IMG/VR virus record: IMGVR_UViG_3300025141_016157
Coordinates: 32,001 to 96,000 of that record
Strand: one strand, 5' to 3'
Source of the DNA: a virus
Length of the DNA: 64,000 bases
The notes under the pieces were generated by a model. The model saw only the letters and a list, made by a program, of their open reading frames with translations, was not told where the DNA came from and made no database searches. The translations under genes were made by a program, and so were the position numbers. Positions 42,188 to 52,700 of this stretch are shown piece after piece (within the stretch, counting starts at the first letter, position 1; each line of letters begins with the position of its first letter).

Positions 42188-45100
42188 ATGGCAGAAAAAG
42201 TTTTTAAAAGCGCAGGAGTTTTCGCAACTGAGACAGACCTCTCAAGGCCTGTAGCTGCGTCGCCTACTGGTATTCCGGCAGGCATTATTGGGCCGTCAGT
42301 AGAAGGGCCGGCATTTGTACCAATTACTGTCGGGTCGTACTCGGATTTTAGAAGAGTCTTTGGTGATACTGATGGTAAGAAATTTGGACCTTTGGCTGTA
42401 TATACTTTTCTACAGCAATCAACGGCACTAACATACCTACGTGTTCTAGGAATCGGTGATGGATTAAAGAGAGATTCATCAACAGGAAAAGTAAATAGGG
42501 CAGGATTCACTGTTGGCGAGAAGATGGTTCAAAATGACGGTCTTCTTGGAGCAAACCCGTATGCAGTCGCGGCAGGTGATGAGGGTAGAACATGGTTTAT
42601 TGGTTGCTTTATGTCTGGAACTTCGGGAAGTGTCGTATTTTCTGAAGCAGGTCTTCAGGCGGGCGGAAACCAGCAAGCAGTTCCAATTATCAGAGGTATT
42701 TTGATGGCAGCATCTGGAGTAATACCTCAGCTTTCAGGTGCACACATAGGTGACATTTCAGGTCAGTCTGCACAGCCTACAAATACTGACCCAGCAGTAT
42801 TAGGATCAGCAACAACACAAGGCGGTGCATCAGGATCTGTAAACCCGTCAACAGGAGACTTTGTTCTACTCTTAAATGGGCATAAGTCAACAGACGCATA
42901 TAAGAATGTTATAACTGCATCATTTAAGCTTGGCGATAATTATCTTGCCAACAAACTAAATACAAATCTTGACAAACTTCAAGAGGCAGGCCACTATCTA
43001 TATACTCACTATGATATTAACAATTCATTTGCTGAAGTGACAGGTAGCGGAATTATAAATCCTAAAATAGTATGTCCAGCTACTGGTGCGTATCTTAACA
43101 ATACTGCACTAGAAGATATTGGATTCTTACTTACTGGATCAGGTGTAAGAGATTCTTCAACAGCAGGTGTAACACCAAATTACGAATCGTTTCAAGATAG
43201 ATTTACCACAGCTAAGTCACCATTCTTTCTTTCACAGGACTTTGGTGGAACAAAGCACAACTTGTTTAGAGTTCACGCAAGGGGTGATGGTGAATCGCCA
43301 ACAGCAAAATACAAGATATCAATTGAGAATATTTCGCCGGCATCAGAAGTTGCAACAAATCAATTTGGAACATTTGACCTGATGGTTAGATCATTTACAG
43401 ATTCTGATGAGATGCCAGAAATTATTGAGCCCTGGGTTGGTCTTACAATGGATCCTTCAAGTGAAAAATTTATCGGAAGGGTAATTGGTGATCAAAGGGT
43501 ATTTTTCGACTTTGATCAAAGTCTAACAAGTCAAAAACTTGTTGTTGAAGGAAATCATGCAGGAAACTCATCTCTAGTAAGAGTCGAGATACCAAGGGCA
43601 GTAGAGCTAGGATATGTTCCAGATAATGCACTACCAATGGGATTCAGAGGGCCTTCCCACCTTGTCTCTTCAGGGTCAGGACCTTTGTCATCATATGACG
43701 GATCGCTTCTCGGACCAGGTGGCGGAAGAAGTGATAAGCTTCAGATTACAGACGATGTATGGAAGAGAGCAGTATCTTTACCGATTAGATATAGAAAGGA
43801 TGTTAGAAAAGCTCAAACTGCAACAGAAGAAGGAATACACTTTGTGGGAGCAAATCCGTCTCTATACTGGGGTGTCCAGTTTAGAATGAGAGATCCAGAC
43901 AACTTGATAACAAATGCATTTGGAGATCGCGAACTTAGAAGTCTAAATTCAGCAACAGCTACATTTGATTCTTCAATGGAGTCTAGAACAAAATATTTTC
44001 CCAACTTTGATCCAGCAGCGTTTAAGTTTGCTGTGGGTAACAATCCCGGAGTTGCTGATGTAAACGGAACAGTTCTTGATTGTGATACATTTAATAACAA
44101 CATATTTACTCTAGAAAGAATTAGAATAAAAACTGGATCAAACGATGCATTACTGGCTGATCCACTTATGTGGAAAAGTGCATCATACATAAGAGAAGGA
44201 AGCATTGCAGCAGATCTTGGAATGAGAGCACTTAAAGTGAAAGATCTATCTCTTCAGGGAAATAGAAAATATGCGAAATACTCAACCATTTTACAGGGTG
44301 GGTACGACGGAACTGATATTTTCAATATTGATAAGAGAAGGATGTCATCTACAGCATGTAAAAGAGAAATGGATGATTCAGTAAACCAGGGTGGAACTTC
44401 AGGGGCAACAGTTGCAACATATAGAAAGTCTATTGACATAATGGGTGTCAAGGCTGATGTTGATATTAATCTTCTATCAATTCCTGGAATTAGAAACTCT
44501 GGTGTTACAGATTACGCAATTACAGCTGTTGAGTCAAGATATGACGCGATGTATGTAATGGATATTGAGCAAAGAGATGAAAATAACATGGTTATGACTG
44601 GATCAAAGGATGCTGATGGTAATATGATAGTTCCAAGTATATCAAATACGACAGCCGGATTTAGTGCAAGAGGTCTCGACTCATCATTTGCTGCAGCATA
44701 TTACCCAGATGTTAATATGACAGATCCTACAACCGGAGGAACAGTATTAACACCAGCAAGTGTTGCTGTCATGGGTGTAATGTCTCAGAATGATAAGATT
44801 GGTAGACCGTGGTTTGCACCTGCAGGCTACTCTAGAGGAAAGCTAGATTCTTCAATCTCAGGTACATCACTAAGTCTTGAAAGAGCTGACCTTAACAGAT
44901 TGTATGAAGTTAATATCAATCCACTGGTATCTTTTGCCGGAGGATCTCCGGTTGTCTGGGGGCAGAAAACATTGCAAGCAAATGCATCTGCACTTGATAG
45001 AGTTAATGTGAGAAGGCTTCTAATAGATGTTAGAAGAAAAGTCAAGAATATTGCAAATTCACTTCTCTTTGAACCCAACAGACAAGAGACATTAGACAAG

Positions 45101-45313
45101 TTTAATGCTCTTGTTAAGCCTATCATGCAGAGAATTCAGGATCAGTCAGGTGTAGATAGATTCAAGGTTATAATTGATACTACAACTACTACACAGGCTG
45201 ATGTTGAAAATAATACAATTAGAGGTAAGATATACTTACAACCAACCCGTACCGCAGAGTTTATAGCGCTAGACTTTACAGTAACAAATGCTGGCAATTT
45301 TGACAGTGTTTAA
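42188..45313 (+). CDS. Tail sheath protein 2 (gp18-like paralogue)
   Basis: SAGVFATETDLS, GPAFVP, PWFAPAGYSRG, GQKTLQ, DRVNVRRLL and PTRTAEFI. Confidence 0.93.
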   Translation: MAEKVFKSAGVFATETDLSRPVAASPTGIPAGIIGPSVEGPAFVPITVGSYSDFRRVFGDTDGKKFGPLAVYTFLQQSTALTYLRVLGIGDGLKRDSSTGKVNRAGFTVGEKMVQNDGLLGANPYAVAAGDEGRTWFIGCFMSGTSGSVVFSEAGLQAGGNQQAVPIIRGILMAASGVIPQLSGAHIGDISGQSAQPTNTDPAVLGSATTQGGASGSVNPSTGDFVLLLNGHKSTDAYKNVITASFKLGDNYLANKLNTNLDKLQEAGHYLYTHYDINNSFAEVTGSGIINPKIVCPATGAYLNNTALEDIGFLLTGSGVRDSSTAGVTPNYESFQDRFTTAKSPFFLSQDFGGTKHNLFRVHARGDGESPTAKYKISIENISPASEVATNQFGTFDLMVRSFTDSDEMPEIIEPWVGLTMDPSSEKFIGRVIGDQRVFFDFDQSLTSQKLVVEGNHAGNSSLVRVEIPRAVELGYVPDNALPMGFRGPSHLVSSGSGPLSSYDGSLLGPGGGRSDKLQITDDVWKRAVSLPIRYRKDVRKAQTATEEGIHFVGANPSLYWGVQFRMRDPDNLITNAFGDRELRSLNSATATFDSSMESRTKYFPNFDPAAFKFAVGNNPGVADVNGTVLDCDTFNNNIFTLERIRIKTGSNDALLADPLMWKSASYIREGSIAADLGMRALKVKDLSLQGNRKYAKYSTILQGGYDGTDIFNIDKRRMSSTACKREMDDSVNQGGTSGATVATYRKSIDIMGVKADVDINLLSIPGIRNSGVTDYAITAVESRYDAMYVMDIEQRDENNMVMTGSKDADGNMIVPSISNTTAGFSARGLDSSFAAAYYPDVNMTDPTTGGTVLTPASVAVMGVMSQNDKIGRPWFAPAGYSRGKLDSSISGTSLSLERADLNRLYEVNINPLVSFAGGSPVVWGQKTLQANASALDRVNVRRLLIDVRRKVKNIANSLLFEPNRQETLDKFNALVKPIMQRIQDQSGVDRFKVIIDTTTTTQADVENNTIRGKIYLQPTRTAEFIALDFTVTNAGNFDSV

Positions 45314-45362
45314 AATGAAGTAGCGTTATACTTATAATTTGAAACCTTAGGAGAATATTCAG

Positions 45363-45854
45363 ATGGCAGAAACACTTTCAGTTAGCGAGATGCTACCCAA
45401 CAAGTTCGAACCCAAGCGACAGTTTCGGTGGGTCTTCGCTATAGAGGGTATCGATTCATTTTTGATGAAGACAGCAGCAAGACCACAGATGCAATTTCAA
45501 GAGCTTGCAATTCCTTTTATCAATTCGTATAGATACATGGCGGGAAGGATGCAATTTCAGACAATGCAGATTTCCCTTTACGATCCAATTGCACCATCAG
45601 GCGCACAGCAGGTGATGGAGTGGATTAGAACTCACTACGAATCAGTATCAGGACGAGCAGGCTATGCTGATTTTTATAAGAGAGATATACAGATTAAGTT
45701 ACTAGATCCTATCGGTACTGTCGTAGAACTTTGGGATATGAAGGGTGCAATGATTACAACTGTAAACTTTCAAACTCTCACTTATGAAAATGATAATGCT
45801 CCCGTTACCATTGATCTAACACTGAGATATGATAACTGCGTATTACAGTACTGA
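45363..45854 (+). CDS. Tail tube protein (gp19-like)
   Basis: EPKRQFRW, YDPIAPSGAQQVMEW, YKRDI..LLDPIG.VVE.W...GA. Follows the sheaths. Confidence 0.88.
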   Translation: MAETLSVSEMLPNKFEPKRQFRWVFAIEGIDSFLMKTAARPQMQFQELAIPFINSYRYMAGRMQFQTMQISLYDPIAPSGAQQVMEWIRTHYESVSGRAGYADFYKRDIQIKLLDPIGTVVELWDMKGAMITTVNFQTLTYENDNAPVTIDLTLRYDNCVLQY

Positions 45855-45882
45855 TTAAAAATATATTCTATTGGTTTCTTTT

Positions 45883-45914
45883 AAAAATCCTCCCTGAACA
45901 GGGGAGGATTTTTT
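45883..45914 (+). terminator. Rho-independent terminator after tail tube
   Basis: AAAAATCCTCCC-TGAACAG-GGGAGGATTTTT. Confidence 0.85.
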
Positions 45915-45915
45915 A

Positions 45916-45944
45916 TTTACAATAACTACGTCGTATGTTAGATT
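45916..45944 (+). promoter_or_regulatory. Sigma70-like promoter
   Basis: TTTACA-N17-TAGATT with an extended TG. Confidence 0.5.
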
Positions 45945-45963
45945 TTCTTAGAGGGAATATTAT

Positions 45964-46767
45964 ATGAGCGATATGATAGAAAAGTTGGACCTTGTTAAAG
46001 AAAAATTTGGCTGGGAAGTTCCTATTGAAGCGGTTCCGTTGCCTTCAAGAGGTAAGGTTTATCACAAAGGATCACCACTTTATAATAGAGAGGTTATTGA
46101 AATAAAAGCAATGACTGCACAGGAAGAGGATATTTTGATGTCACCTGCACTTCTAAAGCAGGGAAAGATCATGTCACAACTTCTTTCATCTTGTATAGTT
46201 GATAAAACAATAGATCCAGACGAAATGTTGTCTGGAGATAGAAATGCTGTAATGGTGGCAATAAGAATTACTGGATATGGAGCAGATTATTCAGTAAGCA
46301 CACAGTGCCCAAATTGCACTTTTACAAGTGTTCAAACATATGATCTAGGCCAGCTTGCACTTAAAAGGCTGGATTTATCACCTGTAAATGATAGCGGCAG
46401 CATTTTTGAATTTAAGCTTCCGGTTACAGGAAAGACAGTCCATTTTAAATTTTTGAGCGGAAAAGAAGAGTCAGATAGATCTTTAATGCTAGAAAGAATG
46501 AAAAAAATGACAAATGGAATGGGTGTAGAGAGAGAAGTAACTTCCAAACTAGAAACTCAAATTATATCAATAGACGGAATTGATGATAGAAACGCAATTA
46601 GACAATTTGTATCAAAGATGCCTGCAAGGGACTCTAAGTCTCTAAGAAGACATATTCAAATTAGTGAGCCTGGCGTAGATATGAATGTTGATATGAAATG
46701 TCCTGAGTGCATGAAGCACGGGAGGGTTGCGCTACCACTTGGCGCAAACTTTTTTTGGCCCGAGTGA
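45964..46767 (+). CDS. Baseplate hub/tail assembly chaperone (T4 gp26-like)
   Basis: VPLPSRG..Y, MTAQEEDIL, GDRNA...IRI.GYG, two CxxC pairs, ends FFWPE. Lies between tube and tape measure. Confidence 0.75.
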   Translation: MSDMIEKLDLVKEKFGWEVPIEAVPLPSRGKVYHKGSPLYNREVIEIKAMTAQEEDILMSPALLKQGKIMSQLLSSCIVDKTIDPDEMLSGDRNAVMVAIRITGYGADYSVSTQCPNCTFTSVQTYDLGQLALKRLDLSPVNDSGSIFEFKLPVTGKTVHFKFLSGKEESDRSLMLERMKKMTNGMGVEREVTSKLETQIISIDGIDDRNAIRQFVSKMPARDSKSLRRHIQISEPGVDMNVDMKCPECMKHGRVALPLGANFFWPE

Positions 46768-47059
46768 TGGAATGAGAGAAGAGTTTCTAGAAGAAGCTTT
46801 TCTATTACAATATCATTTAAATATGAATTATTCTGATGTAAGATCAATGCCACTTCCATATAGAAGGTGGTTCATTAAGCGACTTGCTGATGAGTTTAAG
46901 AAGCAGTCTGATGCAAGGAAGAAAGCATCTGATGAAAGACAAGGTCTTGTTGACATTCCAATGGGAGATATGTCGCTATCCCAAGATTCAAACCAGCAAG
47001 GTGAAAGAGTGTCTTCGCAGGTATACGCGCCTAGAACGACAAAGTTTAGCAATGACTAA
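46757..47059 (+). CDS. Tail chaperone C-terminal extension (gpT-like), via frameshift or own ATG at 46772
   Basis: EEAFLLQYHLNMNYSDVRSMPLPYRRWFIKRL lies in the +1 frame, overlapping a T7 run at the end of the upstream gene. Confidence 0.6.
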   Translation, partial: GPSDGMREEFLEEAFLLQYHLNMNYSDVRSMPLPYRRWFIKRLADEFKKQSDARKKASDERQGLVDIPMGDMSLSQDSNQQGERVSSQVYAPRTTKFSND

Positions 47060-47099
47060 ACTTTCTAAAGGTATATTTACCACTGTAGGAGAATAGTGC

Positions 47100-49529
47100 A
47101 TGGCTGGTGAAATGACAGAAGCAACAGGTCGAAGACTAGCAGACGCAATGGAAGCCCTTGCCGATGATGGCATTGGCAGCAGAAGGAGAGATCAGTCAGA
47201 CTCTTCATACGAAGCAGGGAGTAGAAGGGGACGCACGGGAGGCGGAGGTGCTACGTCACCAAGCATCGTAGACAGGCAGTGGGAGGCAGTATTTACGTCT
47301 ATTGCAAATACTGCACCTATAGCAGAAATAAGAAGATTATCAAGTGAGTTTGACAGGCTAGCTGATCCACAGGTCCTAGATAGAATGCAAGCTCTTCAAA
47401 GACAACTAGGAGGTATTGGAGGAGCTGGCGGAGAAGCATTTAGAGAAGGTGCTGGAATGGTCGGGGATATGCGTGACACATATCTTAGATTTAATGAAGA
47501 GCTTGCTGGATCAATAACATCAGGAAATGATGCTGTTTCTGGTCTCGGGGTAAGTTTACGATCCCTGCTTGGAGATGCAGGAAGAACCTATGATGCATTT
47601 GAAATGATGACAATCGGTGCAAGAGGGTCAGCGAATGGATTTAGATTCATGCAAAATGAGACTGATGAGACCATGCTTAGGATGGGTTTATTTGGTCAGC
47701 AAATGGATTTACGTGCATCTGAGATTGCTACATTTCAGGAAAGAGAGATATCTCTAGGGATTGAATCTGGAACAATGCTAGAGAATGCAGCTATTGCTGC
47801 AACAAGAGTTGCTGACGTTTACGGTGATTCTGGCAAAGAAATTATGAATATTATCGAGGAGATAGTATCTGACACACGGAGGTTTGGAAACGTTTCAGAG
47901 ACAGAGGCAGCAAAGATAGGTGGAGCTTTAAGACAGCTCGGTCTAGACTATGGCGAGCTTGGCGGCATGACTGATAAGTTCTTTGACTTCGAAGGTGCTG
48001 CTAGTAGTGTGTCAGCACTGACATCAGTGTTTGGTGTTCAAATAGATGCCATGGAGGCAATGAGGCTTGCAAACTCACCTGATAGGCTTGATTTCTTAAC
48101 TTATATGAGAGATCAGTTTATGGCATCTGGTAGAGCTGTTGAAGATATGACTCTTGCAGAAAAAAGGCTTATTCAGCAACAGCTAGGATTATCAGATATT
48201 CAGGCTGTTGAGAGACTCTTTGATCCAACAGTTGATCTGGAGAATCTAGATGCTATAGATGAGGCAGCAAACAGGGGAACAACATCACTTGAAGGTAGCA
48301 TAGAAGAACTAGAGACACAAATTAAGAACTTTGGAGACGGAACTGACGATGCTCTTGAAAGAGTGAGGGATGCATCTAGGGATGCATTCACTGCTGGAAT
48401 GCAAAGAGATATAATGGCTACAATTACAACTGCTGAAGATCTTATTGGAACGATGGAGCTTGTTGGTCAAGCTGGGGGAAGGGAGCTAGCAGATTCTGAT
48501 CAGTTTGGATTCCTCCAGCAGGGACTTAGGGATATGGAAGCTTTTGTAAGCAGCATGGATGGATCTATAGGTGAAATTCAGCAGGGGCTAATTCTTGCAT
48601 TTACTGGAGACGGTACAGAGGCAAATCCTGGAATTACTGCTACAATAATCAAAGAGCTAGGGGACGCATTTGAGGCTCTTCTTAATGATCCAAGGTGGCG
48701 ATCCAGGTCTCCATCGCTTGCAGGTCTTGCGATAACTGGCGGAGTTATCAAAGCTCTCCAGGAACTTTCTCCCGAAGCTAGAAAGAGTTTCGATGCCATA
48801 GGGAAAGAAGGAGATAAATTTGCAGCAAAACAACTAGATGGCTGGTCAAAAGAAATTGGAAAACTAGGGATGAAATCTACTGATTTCGGAAAATCAGAGA
48901 TAGAAAAGCTTGCTAGTGATTTTGGAACAACGACAGCTAGGGTTGAATCTGCAATAAATGCAAATCTTAAAAATACCAAGCAGAGAGACAAGGCACAAAA
49001 AATAGAGACACATCTTGAGGGAATTATGAACCTCGGAGACAAGCAGCTCGTTCAGAACCGCCTATCTGAACTTGCAAGGTATTACAAAGTTTCAAAAGCA
49101 TCGCTTGAGTCATATACATCTGGAAAGAAAGATCAGGATGCAATTTTTAAAGATATACTGGATACAAAGAAAAAAGATGCTGAGAAGGCAGAGAAAAAGA
49201 AAAAAGAAGATGCAGCTAAAAAAGCAGAGGGCAAAGACAAGCCAGAAGTAAATTCAAAAGCTGATGAATCAAATAAAGAAAGTATTAGAGCAATTAAAGA
49301 TGCAAAAACTGCGCAGCTCAAGGCTGAAACAGAGCTAGAAGAACTTAAATCAAAGCTTGAAAGTAAAAAAGGAGAGGATGGTATTATTAATCTTACAATT
49401 AACCCTGCTGATGTTATACTCGAAGTTTCAGATAGAGAAATTGGAAGGGCAGCCCTCAATGCATTCTCCTCCGGGACACCAGTTTTAAGCGATTCTGGTA
49501 AATCTTGGAAAGTTGTTTTAAAAACATAG
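47100..49529 (+). CDS. Tape measure protein
   Basis: Long helical Ala/Gly/Glu-rich protein after the chaperone, with an SPS motif. AGGAG SD. Confidence 0.75.
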   Translation: MAGEMTEATGRRLADAMEALADDGIGSRRRDQSDSSYEAGSRRGRTGGGGATSPSIVDRQWEAVFTSIANTAPIAEIRRLSSEFDRLADPQVLDRMQALQRQLGGIGGAGGEAFREGAGMVGDMRDTYLRFNEELAGSITSGNDAVSGLGVSLRSLLGDAGRTYDAFEMMTIGARGSANGFRFMQNETDETMLRMGLFGQQMDLRASEIATFQEREISLGIESGTMLENAAIAATRVADVYGDSGKEIMNIIEEIVSDTRRFGNVSETEAAKIGGALRQLGLDYGELGGMTDKFFDFEGAASSVSALTSVFGVQIDAMEAMRLANSPDRLDFLTYMRDQFMASGRAVEDMTLAEKRLIQQQLGLSDIQAVERLFDPTVDLENLDAIDEAANRGTTSLEGSIEELETQIKNFGDGTDDALERVRDASRDAFTAGMQRDIMATITTAEDLIGTMELVGQAGGRELADSDQFGFLQQGLRDMEAFVSSMDGSIGEIQQGLILAFTGDGTEANPGITATIIKELGDAFEALLNDPRWRSRSPSLAGLAITGGVIKALQELSPEARKSFDAIGKEGDKFAAKQLDGWSKEIGKLGMKSTDFGKSEIEKLASDFGTTTARVESAINANLKNTKQRDKAQKIETHLEGIMNLGDKQLVQNRLSELARYYKVSKASLESYTSGKKDQDAIFKDILDTKKKDAEKAEKKKKEDAAKKAEGKDKPEVNSKADESNKESIRAIKDAKTAQLKAETELEELKSKLESKKGEDGIINLTINPADVILEVSDREIGRAALNAFSSGTPVLSDSGKSWKVVLKT

Positions 49530-49541
49530 TATAGGAAAGAT

Positions 49542-49793
49542 ATGAAAAATATAGTAGAAATTGTTATGGAAACAGACATCATGTCTTCACTAGTTGAGGA
49601 TCTTACAGAAGAAGAGCAAAAAGATTTTAAAAAATGGGCTTCTGATACACTTTCACCTTTAAATGAGCTTGCGCACATAATAAATGATATGTCATCTACA
49701 GTAGAGTCTGCAGAAAGAATATCTGAGGTTGTTCATAGTATTTTATCACCCGAGGGGTTTGCGGAGGTTGAGAAATGTCTAGAGAAAAGCTAG
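49542..49793 (+). CDS. Hypothetical protein
   Basis: 83 aa, AGGA SD. Confidence 0.55.
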   Translation: MKNIVEIVMETDIMSSLVEDLTEEEQKDFKKWASDTLSPLNELAHIINDMSSTVESAERISEVVHSILSPEGFAEVEKCLEKS

Positions 49794-52700
49794 GTGAGTT
49801 TTTAGAATCTTATACAGAGGGATCAACTACAACACCAGGAAAAATATCATATACAAATCGTGATAGAGACGGCCAGGGGCTTGATCCAGGAGTAGATGAT
49901 CTCGGTATAGATCCAGGATCTGGTCGACCACTTTTGCAACATAATTCCAAAGGTCCACAGGGTATAAGTCTTGTAAATGATTTTCTTAGCTTTCTTACAA
50001 ATCACGCACCCAATTATTATAAACTTAAACAAGGAGCTACAACTGCACAGTCAGTTAAGCATTTGACAGAAGACGGTTCGCCGGTAGTTCTTAAGGCAGC
50101 AGAAAATACAAGTGCTGAAAATGTCTTTGTTAAGACTGCTGAATCAGCAGGCGATGGATTAGGTGCGACAATGTCACAATATTCCAATAGCGGCTATCTT
50201 GATGGGTTAAATAATATAGTTTCAAAACTAGGTGATATTACAGATCCATCAATGGATGAAGGGCCTGGCCCGCATTCTGGAAATAAGCTTTTGACATCTA
50301 TTGAAGGGCAAGATCAAAATGTAACGGGAAAGACATTTGTAGATACAACAGTTGATGACCTAGAGCAGAACTCACTAAATGCAGTTCAGGGAATGCTTCA
50401 AGAAAGAAATAGATTTAACACTTCTCAAGAAAGAGCATTTGCTCCCTATGATAATAGTCAATTATCAAAAAATATGAAAACGGGAAAAGACGGGCAAGGG
50501 TCAAGAACCGCCCAGTCAGAATATGGATCTTTTGTTAAATCTGCACCCGAGATGGTGAATAATGATCTTGCTCATGTTGGAAGATCAATGATACTTCAAG
50601 CTCTTGGTATTGACTGGTCTGATAGCCCAGGCGGGGCTACAAATCCCAACGAATTTGAATATGATACAGAGTCTGTAATAGTTAATGGCGCAGCTATGGT
50701 TCTTAACACACCGACTAGTGTTCAATTCCCTAGGGCAAAAAATGCATATGGTGCACCGGTTGTCGGAGATGGTGTTGATAGCTCGCCATTGAGTGAAGGA
50801 GCATTTGAGACTGATGGCGAGAGTCACAGCTACGGAGGACACTATACACCTGATTTAGCTTACAGCTCTCCAAAGTCAAGAGCAGTGCTTAGGGCACGAG
50901 CAGCTGCAGTAATAATTGGAATGGTTATTGCTACAAAGACTGTATCTGACTCTTTGGATATAGCATATAGTACTATAGAGTTAGGAAGAAGTCACGGAAA
51001 GTTAGGTGAGGCAAAGAGATTCGCAGCTAATGCAAAAACCCAGGTCTTTCAAAGGCTTGTTATTCCAGTCACAAGATTCCCGTATTCTGACTGTTTAAAC
51101 ATGGGTCTTACTATGCTTTTTGGAACAAGTGATATGTCGTTTGACAAAATAAAAAATGTTAGTAATCATCAAACAATATCGGAAGCACCTGGGTTCTGGT
51201 ATGCAATTGGAAAGTCTATGCTACAGAAGTTTGCTGCAGCATCTACATCTCTTACAAAAAATCTAGAGTCGTTTGAATCAGATCCCGTAGGTTCTTCCAC
51301 TGCAATTCTTGCAGATGTTACTAGAAGCGGAATAGTAGGCGTTATTAACTCAATAGTTCAAATAGGCGATATAGGACTATTTTCAACAGGGGGAACTGCA
51401 AATCTACAAAATGCAGCAAACGGCGGGGTGCGACCTTGGAATGTAGACTCTCTGGTCGAAGGCCCGCAAACAAGAATTTCAAAGAGTAGGGTAAATACAA
51501 ATGGTCAAACTTCTGCTGCACTTGCGTGGAGGGGAATGTCTGCACCTAGTCTCTACCTTCTTCCTAGAAATGTTATAAAAGCAGTTGTAGACTCTAATAC
51601 TCTAAACTGGGGGCCGAATCCAATTAAAGCTCATACTGCAACTTCTTTAATTGAGAAATCATATATTGATGTAAACGGATATGGACCCACTGCAGGAATA
51701 TCAAGAGGTAGAATTCCAACAGATGTTAGGAGAAAAATGGAGAATACTCTAGATGCAGAGTATGTACCGTTTTATTTTCATGATGTAAGAACCAATGAGA
51801 TGATAGGATTCCACGCATTTTTAACAAATTTGAGTGACTCATTTAGTCCACAATTTTCATCAAACAAGGGGTACGGAAGAATCGATCCTGTCTATATTTA
51901 CAAGGATACAAAAAGAACAGTTACATTTAGTTTCTACGTTGCTGCAACATCAAAGGAAGATTTTGATGAGATGTGGTTTAAGATCAACAAGCTTACAACA
52001 CTGGTATATCCCCAATGGTCAAAAGGAAGCGGCTTAGTAGATGGAGACGACAACAAGATAGTTCAACCATTCAGTCAGGTAATAGGTGCAACACCGCTTG
52101 TTAGACTAAGAATTGGCGACGTTATAAGGGGAAATTATTCAAGATTTAACCTTGGAAGAATGTTTGGAATAGGAACTGATGAGTTTAAGATAGCTGATAA
52201 TACATTTGGCTTGGGCGGTGGATCATCTGGTTTCGTTAATATGACAGCACCGTGGACAACAGCAGTTTCTGATTTCATGATTGACTATATATTTTCCACT
52301 GCATATGGTTCACCAATGGCGCTTCTGCCTTTCAGCGGAGATGCAGGAGCAAGTGTTGCAGATAAACTTGTAAGATCAGTTGTGGGAACTGGAATGGAGG
52401 CACTCGGAGGAAGCGGAATAGTTAATCCAATTGGTGCTGCACTAATACTAGGGGAATTAAGCAATCCCGATTCTGATGAGGCAATAGCTGATTCGCTGGG
52501 AACATCAAATGTTGTTCTAGACGGTGTGGCTGCACTTGCATCTAAAATAGCAACAGGCAGGGCAAAATCAAATCTAGGAACAGGCGGAGGATATACCGGA
52601 ACAAGCTTTCCATTCCTTAAGCCATCATCGAATATTGGATATACACTTGTAACTGAATCAGGAGAAACAAAGTTAAGAACTACAATTCCGTACAGGGTTG

